In this document: one piece after another, positions 1 to 8,974 of the stretch
How positions within the stretch are numbered: the stretch's first letter is position 1
How the letters are laid out: every line of letters starts with the position of its first letter
Assembly (NCBI GenBank): GCA_021163445.1
Contig: JAGGWR010000032.1
Coordinates: 1-38,491 of the forward strand
Origin: Candidatus Tharpella aukensis
GTDB taxonomy: Bacteria > Desulfobacterota > Anaeroferrophillalia > Anaeroferrophillales > Tharpellaceae
Direction of reading: 5' to 3'
Length of the DNA: 38,491 nucleotides
The notes under the pieces: generated by a model
Seen by the model: the letters and a program-made list of their open reading frames with translations, nothing else
Databases searched by the model: none
Told to the model about the DNA's origin: nothing
Made by a program: the position numbers and the translations under genes

Positions 1-23
1 ACAAGAAAATAACCTGTAAGGCA

Positions 24-734
24 CTAATCCAGCACTACGCGGGCCAATGTCAGGGCGCTGACCGAGGCCGCACCAGCACTTTTTAGAGTCCTTGCCGCAG
101 CACTCAAGGTTGCACCGGTGGTCAGAACATCATCGCACAACAGAATATTTCGGCCGACAATCCGATCCGGCTCAGGAACCTGAAAATTTTCCGGCCCCAG
201 GTTAAGGGCTCGAGCCCGGCGATCCAAAGATGCCTGATGCGGGGTATCAATATGTTTAATCAGAAGGTTGCGCGCCAAAGGCTGCTTGAGAAAGGCAGAA
301 ACCACCGAGGCGATGAAAAAAGCCTGGTTAAAACCTCGCTTTCGTAAAACCGACGGTGAGAGAGGTATCGCCATCACCAGATCGAAAGCCGGAGTTAAAA
401 TCTCCTGACGAGACAAGGCCGACTCCAACAATTCTCCGACAAGCGGAAAAAACTCGTTTCGTTTATGATATTTCCAGGCCGGAATAATTTTTTCGAGAGG
501 GCCGGCATAGAGATAGCCGGAAAAGACCTTCTCGACATCAAGCAACCGTACACTATCAAGGTGAGTCGCATAAACCTGCAGATGCTGACGGCAAGCAGGA
601 CAAAGATATGTTTCGAGGGATTGCTTACGAGCTGAACCACTTAAAGGATGGAAGAGAAAAACGGAACAGATCAGACAGCGACGCGGGAATAGAATATCGA
701 GAAAGGCAGTGGTAAAAGTTGAGATTTCAATCAC
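24..734 (-). CDS. ComF-family protein (phosphoribosyltransferase-type domain)
   Basis: 236-aa ORF. It has N-terminal paired Cys motifs (RRCLICS, CPACRQ) and a C-terminal PRTase signature LLCDDVLTTGATL, as in ComFC/amidophosphoribosyltransferase-like proteins. Confidence 0.8.
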   Translation of the reverse strand: MIEISTFTTAFLDILFPRRCLICSVFLFHPLSGSARKQSLETYLCPACRQHLQVYATHLDSVRLLDVEKVFSGYLYAGPLEKIIPAWKYHKRNEFFPLVGELLESALSRQEILTPAFDLVMAIPLSPSVLRKRGFNQAFFIASVVSAFLKQPLARNLLIKHIDTPHQASLDRRARALNLGPENFQVPEPDRIVGRNILLCDDVLTTGATLSAAARTLKSAGAASVSALTLARVVLD

Positions 735-740
735 ATATTC

Positions 741-2330
741 CTAAAGCAACAAACTGCTGCCCGTCATTGCCGCAGGTTTGGCCAATCCCATAAGTTGCAA
801 CAGGGTCGGTGCGATATCGGCCAGCACCCCTCCTTTACGAAGTCTGAGACCGGAACTATCCCGGCCGAAAATAACCAGCGGAACAGGATTTGTGGAGTGG
901 GCCGTAACCTTCTGACCGGTCGCATCGAGCATCAATTCAGCATTGCCATGATCGGCTGTAATCAAAGCGACAATGCCTTTCTCTTTAAACTTTTCGAGAA
1001 TCATTCCCAAACATTTATCAACCGTTTCACAAGCCTTAATGGTGGCTGAGATATCTCCGGTATGGCCAACCATGTCACAATTGGCAAAATTCAAAACAAT
1101 GAGGTCATAAAGCGTTTTGTCGAGCCGTGCGATCAACTCCTTAGCGATGCCTTCGGCACTCATTTCAGGTTTCAGGTCGTAGGTTTTCACGTCACGCGGT
1201 GAAGGCACCAGACAGCGCTCTTCGCCGGGAAAGGGCTCTTCACGCCCCCCGTTGAAGAAAAAGGTGACGTGGGCATATTTTTCGGTTTCGGCAATTCTTA
1301 ACTGACGCAAACCCCGGTCAGCGATCACCTGGCCTAAAATATCAGGCAAAGATTCAGAGGGGAAAGCGACCGGCAGGCCGAATTCGGCATCATACTCCGA
1401 GAGGCAGACATAGGCCCCGAGTTGGGGAAAAGAGGGACGGGAAAACCCGGCAAAATCATCTTTGGTCAGAGCCATCGTGATTTCACGGGCTCGATCACCA
1501 CGAAAGTTAAAAAAGATGACTCCGTCACCATCCCTGATCAGGGATGGTTTTTGCCCCTCATGAACAATCAGAAGAGGTTCAACAAACTCATCGTAAATCT
1601 CACGCTTATAAGACAATTCCAAAGCTTTAACAGCATCGGGAAAAGATTCCCCCTCACCAAGAACCAGGGTGCGCCAATGGCGCTCGACTCGCTCCCAGCG
1701 CTGATCTCGATCCATCCCATAAAAACGGCCGCCGAGGCTGGCGATCTGCCCACAACCAAGTTTGCCAAGAAAGGCTTCCAGACGACGCACATAATTTATG
1801 CCGCTGGCCGGGGGCGTATCCCGCCCATCAAGAAAGGCATGCACATAAACCCGTTCAAGCCCTCTTTTCGCTGCCAATCGTAAAATCGCCTCAAGATGAT
1901 CCTGGTGACTATGCACCCCGCCATCCGACAAGAGACCCAATAGATGCAGAGCATTGCCTTCCCCGGCCGCCGCCAGAAAAGCTTTTTCCAGAGCTTCATT
2001 ATGCGCCAGCGAGCCATCTTCAATTGCCCGGCTAATCCGGGTCAAATCCTGGTAAACAATACGACCGGCACCAATATTGGTGTGGCCAACCTCTGAGTTA
2101 CCCATCTGTCCAATGGGCAAACCGACATCCAAGGCGCTGGCCCCTAAAGTTGTCGACGGACACTCCTGCAACAACTTGTCAAAAACCGGAGTTCGAGACT
2201 GAGATAATGCGTTTCCGGGCCCGGCGTCCGCCAGCCCCCAACCATCAAGAATAATCAGTGCAACCGGTTGTTTAGGCGATAGCTTAGGAGGTTGTCTGGG
2301 AATAGTCATTTTTTTCTCAAATCGAGGCAT
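741..2330 (-). CDS. gpmI: 2,3-bisphosphoglycerate-independent phosphoglycerate mutase
   Basis: 529-aa ORF with iPGM hallmarks: PVALIILDGWG, NSEVGHTNIGAGR, ADHGNAE. By comparison with typical iPGM N-termini the start is more likely the second ATG (2309, MTIPRQ...). Both candidate starts lie inside repeat copy B2. Confidence 0.93.
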   Translation of the reverse strand: MPRFEKKMTIPRQPPKLSPKQPVALIILDGWGLADAGPGNALSQSRTPVFDKLLQECPSTTLGASALDVGLPIGQMGNSEVGHTNIGAGRIVYQDLTRISRAIEDGSLAHNEALEKAFLAAAGEGNALHLLGLLSDGGVHSHQDHLEAILRLAAKRGLERVYVHAFLDGRDTPPASGINYVRRLEAFLGKLGCGQIASLGGRFYGMDRDQRWERVERHWRTLVLGEGESFPDAVKALELSYKREIYDEFVEPLLIVHEGQKPSLIRDGDGVIFFNFRGDRAREITMALTKDDFAGFSRPSFPQLGAYVCLSEYDAEFGLPVAFPSESLPDILGQVIADRGLRQLRIAETEKYAHVTFFFNGGREEPFPGEERCLVPSPRDVKTYDLKPEMSAEGIAKELIARLDKTLYDLIVLNFANCDMVGHTGDISATIKACETVDKCLGMILEKFKEKGIVALITADHGNAELMLDATGQKVTAHSTNPVPLVIFGRDSSGLRLRKGGVLADIAPTLLQLMGLAKPAAMTGSSLLL

Positions 2331-2432
2331 TTTTTTTAAATAAGCACAGGCATATACTTAATATTCCGAGCATTATTTAAAAAAAATAACGCTGAGTTGG
2401 GGAAAAAGGGCATTTTCAGACGGCCTCCTAAT
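2283..2432. repeat. Palindromic MITE/REP-like repeat, family B, copy B2 (reverse orientation relative to B1)
   Basis: The reverse complement aligns along its whole length (about 150 nt) with 21738-21886. Ends are CTTAGGAGGTTGTCTG / CAGACGGCCTCCTAAT. An internal 14-bp A/T stem pairs 2330-2343 with 2374-2387. The apical core lies at 2344-2371. Confidence 0.8.
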
Positions 2433-3750
2433 CAAAGGAGCAGATCCTTTCGGAAATATCATAACTATTATAACTGTCGCAATGCGGGCAGCGATATTTC
2501 CAGGAAGGCGACAGGCGATCACAAACTTTGCAGGCGAACACCGGTTCAAGGCGCTCGGAGCAGCCTAAAGCCTTTTTGAAATGATCAACTGCAACCTCTA
2601 ATCGATGTTCTTTACGACAAGCAAGTTCACCGGCCAAAACTTCCAATAGAGGGCCATCAAAACCACTCTCCCGCAATCTTTTGGCCGCCACTTCAGCCTC
2701 ATCAAATTTTTGATGTTCAAGACAAAAACGAGCATAGAGCCAACGAGCAGGACGGTACTCGGGATTTCGGGAAAGCACTTTACGATAAAATTTAAGGATT
2801 TTAGCACTGCTGTTTTCGGGATCATCCGCCACCTGCAGACGCTCTCCCTCAAGCAGAAAAACAGCACTCGGTTTTTTCCAGAAACCACTTTTAAGCACAC
2901 TCAAAGCATCAGTTCTCTTGGTCTCCATCTCAGCTTTAAGCAAATATGCAGCGGTATGTTCTTTATCATTATCAAAAACCAGTTTCAAAGAGGCCGCAGC
3001 GTCATCCCGGTTACCGGCCAGCCATTGCCGCCGCGCCAACTCATAAGCACAATTAGCAATGCCACTGACAGCCTGTCTCTTCTCTTGCGAGCCCTTGGTT
3101 TCCCCTTTACTAATCTCCTGCCAGACCTCCAGGGCTTCGCGCCAGTAGCCCCGGCTGCCGAACTGTTCAACCAACATAGTCATCAAAGCCCGGTTACGCG
3201 GGTAACGGGCTTTCATAAAAAGCAGCTGATTGGTCATGCGCAAGGGATCATCAAGAGCTTTTAACACTTGAATACGATACCAATGCAGACGTGGATCCTC
3301 AGGATGAAATTCCAGGGCCGCATCAAGCGTTTTTAAGGCCGGTTCGGGCTGACGTTCACGCAACTGCAAACGAGCCAAAGCCAGTACCGCCTCCATATTT
3401 CTTTTATCAAGTTTAACCACCTTATGCAGACTGGCTACGGCTTTTTTGGTGTCACCTTTGAATCCAGCCTCAATTCCTTCAAGCAGAGTCTGCTGAGCTG
3501 TTTTCTTCCGTTTATCACGTAATTCCCGAAAAAAATCAGAAAACTGTCGTCTTAAGGCGAGCAGGGAGAAGAAAAGTCCACTGCCAAAACCACCCAGAGC
3601 AATAGCCACCAACAGGAAAAACGGCATAGTACCGTCAACCTTAACTCCCTGGGTCAAAGCAACCGAAGTTTCAGTCGGGTTCAAATAAACCATATAGGCC
3701 GCGCCCAAAAGTACCAATAATCCACCAAAAAGCATAATACGGTAAATCAT
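2428..3750 (-). CDS. lapB: LapB/YciM-like TPR protein with C-terminal rubredoxin-type zinc ribbon, fused to a LapA-like two-TM N-terminus
   Basis: 440 aa. It has two N-terminal hydrophobic helices followed by a basic stretch, then TPR-like repeats, then a C-terminal CKVCDRLSPSWKYRCPHCDS motif (CxxC...CxxC) as in E. coli LapB. Confidence 0.7.
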   Translation of the reverse strand: MIYRIMLFGGLLVLLGAAYMVYLNPTETSVALTQGVKVDGTMPFFLLVAIALGGFGSGLFFSLLALRRQFSDFFRELRDKRKKTAQQTLLEGIEAGFKGDTKKAVASLHKVVKLDKRNMEAVLALARLQLRERQPEPALKTLDAALEFHPEDPRLHWYRIQVLKALDDPLRMTNQLLFMKARYPRNRALMTMLVEQFGSRGYWREALEVWQEISKGETKGSQEKRQAVSGIANCAYELARRQWLAGNRDDAAASLKLVFDNDKEHTAAYLLKAEMETKRTDALSVLKSGFWKKPSAVFLLEGERLQVADDPENSSAKILKFYRKVLSRNPEYRPARWLYARFCLEHQKFDEAEVAAKRLRESGFDGPLLEVLAGELACRKEHRLEVAVDHFKKALGCSERLEPVFACKVCDRLSPSWKYRCPHCDSYNSYDISERICSFD

Positions 3751-3784
3751 AATATCTAAATCCCACTTTTAAAGGGTTAAAAAA

Positions 3785-4258
3785 TTAGTAATGGTAAGGT
3801 TCGTTGTTAATTATAGTCATAGCCCGATAAAGCTGCTCAAAAAGGAGCAGGCGGGCCAATTCATGGGGAAAAGTCAGCGGTGATAGCGATATCAGGTGAT
3901 CGGCCGCCTCCCGTAATGATGGATCATAACCAAAAGGGCCACCACAGAAAAAAACCAGATTCCGATGACCACCCTCAAGCAGACGTTGCAGAAAGAGAGC
4001 AAAATCACGGCTTCCCATAGTGCGCCCGCGCTCATCCAAAAGCAACTTCAAACCATCAGTTTTTTTAAACTCACCGAGCAATTTCGGCGCCTGACGCCGA
4101 CAAAAAGCGGTCGGAGTTTCACGGCGGCCCGGTTTTTCCTCCTTAATCTCTTTGACCTCACAGGTAAGATAGCGGCTTAAGCGTCGCTGATACTCGACCA
4201 TATCCTGATGATAGGCCGCATTTTTGGTCTTACCGACCAGAAGCAACTGCAGATGCAT
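3785..4258 (-). CDS. rlmH: 23S rRNA (pseudouridine1915-N3)-methyltransferase RlmH (SPOUT family)
   Basis: 157 aa. The C-terminal SLSPLTFPHELARLLLFEQLYRA...NNEPYH is typical of RlmH. It sits in the conserved position downstream of rsfS. Confidence 0.9.
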   Translation of the reverse strand: MHLQLLLVGKTKNAAYHQDMVEYQRRLSRYLTCEVKEIKEEKPGRRETPTAFCRRQAPKLLGEFKKTDGLKLLLDERGRTMGSRDFALFLQRLLEGGHRNLVFFCGGPFGYDPSLREAADHLISLSPLTFPHELARLLLFEQLYRAMTIINNEPYHY

Positions 4259-4641
4259 TAAGAGTCAAGCTCTTGGCGTTGATCAAGGATAACCGGAGCA
4301 TCGCGCCAGACCCCTTCAAGATCATAGTGGAGCCTGATTTCCTGATAGAAGATATGAACAATAACATCGCCATAGTCGAGCAGAGCCCAACGTCCGCCTT
4401 TCAAACCTTCAATTCCCAAAGGCATATAGCCGCGTTTTTTCATCTCCTGAGCCAAAGACTCACTGACCGCCTGCACATGACGGTCAGAGTGGCCACTGGC
4501 AACCACCAAAGTATCAGTTACCGATGAAAGTCCCCGCAAATCAAGCATAACCAGATCTTCAGCTTTTTTATCTTCAAGTAAATCTTTGATCAAAGAAAGT
4601 TTGTTGTCGTCTTGCAAAACCTTGGCATGGTTTTCACTCAT
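4258..4641 (-). CDS. rsfS: Ribosome silencing factor RsfS (Iojap-like)
   Basis: 127 aa. Motifs VVASGHSDRHVQAV and WALLDYGDVIVHIF are present. It follows the nadD-rsfS-rlmH gene order. Confidence 0.9.
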   Translation of the reverse strand: MSENHAKVLQDDNKLSLIKDLLEDKKAEDLVMLDLRGLSSVTDTLVVASGHSDRHVQAVSESLAQEMKKRGYMPLGIEGLKGGRWALLDYGDVIVHIFYQEIRLHYDLEGVWRDAPVILDQRQELDS

Positions 4642-5312
4642 TGATTATATAACCCGTATTTTAAAATATAGCTGGCCACCCCATCAGGCACCAAATAACG
4701 CAGTGAACGACCCGCTGCCGCCTCGCTGCGAACCTGGCTTGAAGAGATATCAAGCCGGGTCACTGTCATAAAATTGAGACTCCGCCCGGAGACGTGCCGA
4801 TAACATGAAGCCTTCTCATAACAAAATTCATCTTTAAGCGCAAATGGAAAAAGATTTTTCACACAACCGTCAGCCCACGGCTCCATCCCCTGCCGGGAAA
4901 TAACAATGAAATTTGCCTGGGAAAAAAGCTCGGGGAAAAGGTACCAGGTTCCAATTTCACACCAGGCATCCCAGCCGACAACAAAATAGAGTTCAGCCCC
5001 GGCGAAACGTTTATTGAAATAAGCCAACGTCTCTACCGAATAAGAGGTTCCCCCTTTACGGCATTCATAAGAGTTGCTCCCTAAAAATAAGTTTCCGCGC
5101 CGGGCCCGACGCACCATCGCCAGACGATGCTCAGCCGCCACAACCTCGGTTTTACCTTTATGCGGCGGCCGGGCCGACGGCACCAGAAAGAGTTTTTGCA
5201 GGGCAAATTCCTGACGCACCTCTTCCGCAACCCGCAGATGACCATAGTGAATCGGGTTGAAAGTGCCACCCAAAATGCCGATTTTCCTATTCTCTGATTT
5301 GACCGTCGCCAT
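4638..5312 (-). CDS. nadD: Nicotinate-nucleotide adenylyltransferase
   Basis: 224 aa with the nucleotidyltransferase motif GILGGTFNPIHYGHL. It overlaps the proA stop by 26 nt. Confidence 0.9.
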   Translation of the reverse strand: MATVKSENRKIGILGGTFNPIHYGHLRVAEEVRQEFALQKLFLVPSARPPHKGKTEVVAAEHRLAMVRRARRGNLFLGSNSYECRKGGTSYSVETLAYFNKRFAGAELYFVVGWDAWCEIGTWYLFPELFSQANFIVISRQGMEPWADGCVKNLFPFALKDEFCYEKASCYRHVSGRSLNFMTVTRLDISSSQVRSEAAAGRSLRYLVPDGVASYILKYGLYNQ

Positions 5313-6543
5313 AGATAATATATTTTGTTGTCGTCAAGCCCTCAAGCCCCATGGGGCCATAGGCGTGAAGTTTAGTTGTGCTGATTCCGATCTCAGCTCC
5401 CAAGCCCATCTCCCCGCCATCGGAAAAACGGGTAGAGGCGTTAACCATAACAACAGAAGAGTTGACTTGGCGCAAAAACTCTTGGGATCGATGATAATCA
5501 CTGGTGACAATTGTTTCCGTATGGTCGGAACCGTATTGCGCAATATGCGCCACGGCGGCATCAAAACCATCGACAACTTTAACTGAAACAATCAAATCAA
5601 TATATTCCGTCGCCCAGTCGTCATCAGTCGCCGCTACCAGATCAGGAAGCAGTGCCAAAGTTTTGCTGCACCCCCTGATCTCAACCTGTTTGGCCTGCAA
5701 ATCAGCTGCCATCAAAGGTAAAAAACGATTCGCAATCTCTTCGTGCACTAAAATTGTTTCGGCCGCATTACAAACCCCTGGGCGCTGGGTTTTAGCATTA
5801 ACCACAATTTTTCGGGCCATCTCAATATCGGCCCCGGTATCGACAAAAACATGACAGACCCCTTTATAATGCTTGATCACTGGAATCCGGGAGTGCTCAA
5901 CAACAAAACGGATCAAACCTTCGCCGCCGCGCGGAATAATCAGATCAACCTCATCTTCACACTGAAGCAGATAATTTATCGCCTGCCGCTCGATAAAAGG
6001 TACCACCTGGACTACGTCAACCGGGATTGAAGTGCTTTTCAGAGCCTCGTGCAAAACCTCAAGCACTGCCATATTTGAATGAAAAGCTTCAGATCCGCCC
6101 CTTAAGATAACCCCATTCCCGGATTTCAGGCAGAGCCCGGCGGCATCAGCGGTGACATTGGGGCGAGACTCATAGATCATCCCGACAACCCCCAAAGGAA
6201 TCCGCATCTTACCGACCAACAACTGATTCGGCCGCCGTCGCATACGTTCGACCTCTCCCACCGGATCGGGGAACGCCGCCACCTCTTCAAGGCCAGTTGC
6301 CATCGCTTCAATTACTTTATCACTCAAGGTCAAACGATCAATCATCGCTTCACTAAGTCCATTTTCACGGGCTTTTTCAAGATCAAACCGGTTACGTTCC
6401 TGCAAAAAACCGCTTCGAGTTCTCAATCCGGCAGCCATCGCCCGCAAAGCTTTATCTTTTTCCAGAGTCGGTGCCGCAGCCAGAATACGAGCCGCAGTTT
6501 TAACCTGAACCGCCATCTCTCTGATCTTTTTTTCAATATCCAT
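5287..6543 (-). CDS. proA: Gamma-glutamyl phosphate reductase
   Basis: 418 aa. It reads as aldehyde-dehydrogenase-like ProA (IYESRPNVTADA, NAETILVH, NASTRFSDGGEMGLGAEIGIST). Confidence 0.93.
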   Translation of the reverse strand: MDIEKKIREMAVQVKTAARILAAAPTLEKDKALRAMAAGLRTRSGFLQERNRFDLEKARENGLSEAMIDRLTLSDKVIEAMATGLEEVAAFPDPVGEVERMRRRPNQLLVGKMRIPLGVVGMIYESRPNVTADAAGLCLKSGNGVILRGGSEAFHSNMAVLEVLHEALKSTSIPVDVVQVVPFIERQAINYLLQCEDEVDLIIPRGGEGLIRFVVEHSRIPVIKHYKGVCHVFVDTGADIEMARKIVVNAKTQRPGVCNAAETILVHEEIANRFLPLMAADLQAKQVEIRGCSKTLALLPDLVAATDDDWATEYIDLIVSVKVVDGFDAAVAHIAQYGSDHTETIVTSDYHRSQEFLRQVNSSVVMVNASTRFSDGGEMGLGAEIGISTTKLHAYGPMGLEGLTTTKYIIYGDGQIRE

Positions 6544-6561
6544 AATTTTTATTCCCTATTT

Positions 6562-6993
6562 TCACGATTTTAACTTCAATATATACGGGTATAAGCGACA
6601 CGCAACACAAAATCTGAAAATTGCCTCAAGAGCTGCAAAAAAAATAAAAATCGCGCTGAAAATCAGACCTGTCACCGAAAAATTAAATAGATAAGAGAGG
6701 GCTATAAGACAACAAAAGATAAACCCAATCTTGGCCGCAAAAATTTTAGGCCCGGCGTTAACCATTACTGGTTTAACTTTGCAAAGACGAAGAATAGTTT
6801 TGCTGACAGAGCTATAAAAACTATATGACAAATCAAGAAATCCACGGATGAAAAAATCAACCGCCAAAATGAAAATAATCCACTTAAAAGGCGTAAAAAG
6901 AAAAATCATAATCGAAAAAATAGCTAAAACCGCATTTATCTGCGCAGCTCTTTCATTTACCTGTTGAAACGATATAGGACACACTTCCTTCAT
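6562..6993 (-). CDS. DUF4395-like small integral membrane protein
   Basis: 143 aa with about four hydrophobic helices. The pattern VNERAAQINA...AVDFFIRGF...NAGPKIFAAKIG...ALEAIFRFCVACRLY matches my recollection of the DUF4395 family. This call comes from memory only. Confidence 0.6.
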   Translation of the reverse strand: MKEVCPISFQQVNERAAQINAVLAIFSIMIFLFTPFKWIIFILAVDFFIRGFLDLSYSFYSSVSKTILRLCKVKPVMVNAGPKIFAAKIGFIFCCLIALSYLFNFSVTGLIFSAIFIFFAALEAIFRFCVACRLYPYILKLKS

Positions 6994-7024
6994 TAAAAAA
7001 CTCCATAAATTGTACGTGAAAACA

Positions 7025-8152
7025 TCACAAAAGCGCTAAATTATCTCGATGGATAACATCGTCTCCGGCATTATAGCCCAGGCGATTGGTGATTTTGCGA
7101 GAGTGCAGACCGGCAATCTTTCTAATATCTGATGAGCTGTACGTAGTCAATCCGCGGGCAATTTCAAGCCCTTCGAGATCACGGCAGGAGACCGGTTCAC
7201 CGACCCCGAAATCACCTTCGACCCGGGAAATCCCCGCAGGCAACAGGCTGGTGCCGCGTTCAATCAGGGCCGCAACCGCACCGCCGTCGAGATAAAGACT
7301 ACCACAAGGTTCAACAGCAAAAGCGAGCCAGTGCTGACGGCAATTCAAACGATTGGCTCGGGGCAGAAAAATAGTGCCCTCGTTCTCTCCGGCCAAGACC
7401 CGAGCCATAACACCGGGACGCCGCCCGTTGGCGATAACGGTTGGAATCCCGTAAGCCGCAGCTTTACGGGCGGCTTCCAGTTTGCTGAGCATGCCGCCGG
7501 TTCCGAGAGCACTTTTAGTAGCGCAGACAAAAGCGGTGACTTCATCGTCAACTTCATCAATCAGAGGTATCAGCGAAGCCTCGCCAGCCGCTTTGGGATC
7601 ACAATCGTAGACCCCGTCAAGATCGGTCAGCAACAACAAGAGATCAACTTCGGCCAGAGAGGTTAGAAGGGCGGCCAGATTATCATTATCGCCAAATTTT
7701 ATTTCCCGCACGACGACGGTATCATTTTCATTAACAAGAGGCAAAATTCCAGACCCGAGCAACGCCCGCAAAGTATTACGGGCATTAAGATAGCGCCGCC
7801 GATTGCGAATATCATCCGCCGTCAGCAGAACCTGGGCCACGACTTGATCATGAAACGCAAATTCCTGCTCATATTGGCGCATCAAACGCAGCTGCCCAAC
7901 GGCCGCACAGGCCTGTTTTTCCGGAATAGTTGAAGGTGGAGTTGTAAAGCCCAAAGCCTCAAGTCCGGCGGCAACGGCTCCCGAAGTGACCACGATAAAC
8001 CTGTAACCTTGCTCCCGCAATTGAGCTATTTCATCAGCAAAACGGGTAAAAAAAGCAACGTTCAAACGACCATTATCGGTTAACACGGCACTGCCGAGCT
8101 TGACCACTACCAATCTTACATGCTTAAGATTTGTCTGTCGTATATTCTTCAT
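7025..8152 (-). CDS. proB: Glutamate 5-kinase (with PUA domain)
   Basis: Motifs VVKLGSAVLT, VTSGAVAAG, NENDT and a C-terminal PUA-like region are present. The ORF track extends to 8188, but the internal ATG at 8152 (MKNIRQ...RLVVVKLGS) gives the usual N-terminus. Confidence 0.9.
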   Translation of the reverse strand: MKNIRQTNLKHVRLVVVKLGSAVLTDNGRLNVAFFTRFADEIAQLREQGYRFIVVTSGAVAAGLEALGFTTPPSTIPEKQACAAVGQLRLMRQYEQEFAFHDQVVAQVLLTADDIRNRRRYLNARNTLRALLGSGILPLVNENDTVVVREIKFGDNDNLAALLTSLAEVDLLLLLTDLDGVYDCDPKAAGEASLIPLIDEVDDEVTAFVCATKSALGTGGMLSKLEAARKAAAYGIPTVIANGRRPGVMARVLAGENEGTIFLPRANRLNCRQHWLAFAVEPCGSLYLDGGAVAALIERGTSLLPAGISRVEGDFGVGEPVSCRDLEGLEIARGLTTYSSSDIRKIAGLHSRKITNRLGYNAGDDVIHRDNLALL

Positions 8153-8255
8153 CCAGAGAAATTTAATGGAAAAAGCACAAATTGTCAAAAATTATATTGA
8201 AATAAAAGATAAAATTTCGGCAAAGTAAAAATTTCACTTGAATCAAAACCGTCAA

Positions 8256-8271
8256 TGTGATAACTCTCACA
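8256..8271. promoter_or_regulatory. TGTGA-N6-TCACA palindrome, candidate Rex (or CRP/FNR-family) operator in the proB/rex divergent region
   Basis: The sequence aaTGTGAtaactcTCACAgg has perfect 5-bp arms with a 6-nt spacer. It lies 62 nt upstream of the rex ATG. The core matches the Rex box TTGTGAA-N4-TTCACAA, with 5 of 7 matches per half-site. Confidence 0.45.
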
Positions 8272-8332
8272 GGCTCGTAATTCATACAGGCTTAATGATA
8301 TATTAGATATATTTAAAAGGAAAAAACGAAAC

Positions 8333-8974
8333 ATGAAAACTAAAGAAAATAAAATTCCGGAAGCAACAATTAAACGCCTCTCAACTTATATTAACTGCCT
8401 GGAGAGGCTTCAAGCCGAAAACAATCCGGTAACTTCTTCCGAAATGCTCGGTGAATCATGCCAGGTAAGCCCGGCCCAGATCCGTAAAGACCTCTCATAC
8501 TTTGGTGAGTTCGGCGTCCGGGGCGTCGGTTATGACACCAAAAAGCTGGAGAGTGAAATCAAAGATATCCTGGGCCTTAACCACAACTGGCCGACCACCG
8601 TAGTCGGAGTCGGAAAACTGGGACAAGCCCTGCTTAATTTCGCATTCTTCCGCAAACATGGCTTTCGTATCATCGCCGCTTTTGACAGTGATAAAAATAA
8701 GATCGGCAATGAACTTTCCAATGGCGTAACCATTCTACCGACCAATGAGATTGAAAAAACCGTCAAAGCTGAAAAAATCATCATCGGCATCATCACCACC
8801 CCGGCTGACTTTGCCCAGGAAGTTGCCGATCAGCTTGTTGCTGGCGGCATCAAAGGCCTGCTCAACTTTGCCCCAATCAAGGTTAAAGTTCCAGAAGCAA
8901 TCACATTGCGCAATGTCTCAATCACCAGCGAACTTGATAATCTAGCCTATCTCCTGACCCAGAAAAAACGCTAG
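8333..8974 (+). CDS. rex: Redox-sensing transcriptional repressor Rex
   Basis: 213 aa. It has the N-terminal winged-helix motif IPEATIKRLSTY...FGEFGVRGVGY and a Rossmann motif VVGVGKLGQAL. Confidence 0.92.
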   Translation: MKTKENKIPEATIKRLSTYINCLERLQAENNPVTSSEMLGESCQVSPAQIRKDLSYFGEFGVRGVGYDTKKLESEIKDILGLNHNWPTTVVGVGKLGQALLNFAFFRKHGFRIIAAFDSDKNKIGNELSNGVTILPTNEIEKTVKAEKIIIGIITTPADFAQEVADQLVAGGIKGLLNFAPIKVKVPEAITLRNVSITSELDNLAYLLTQKKR

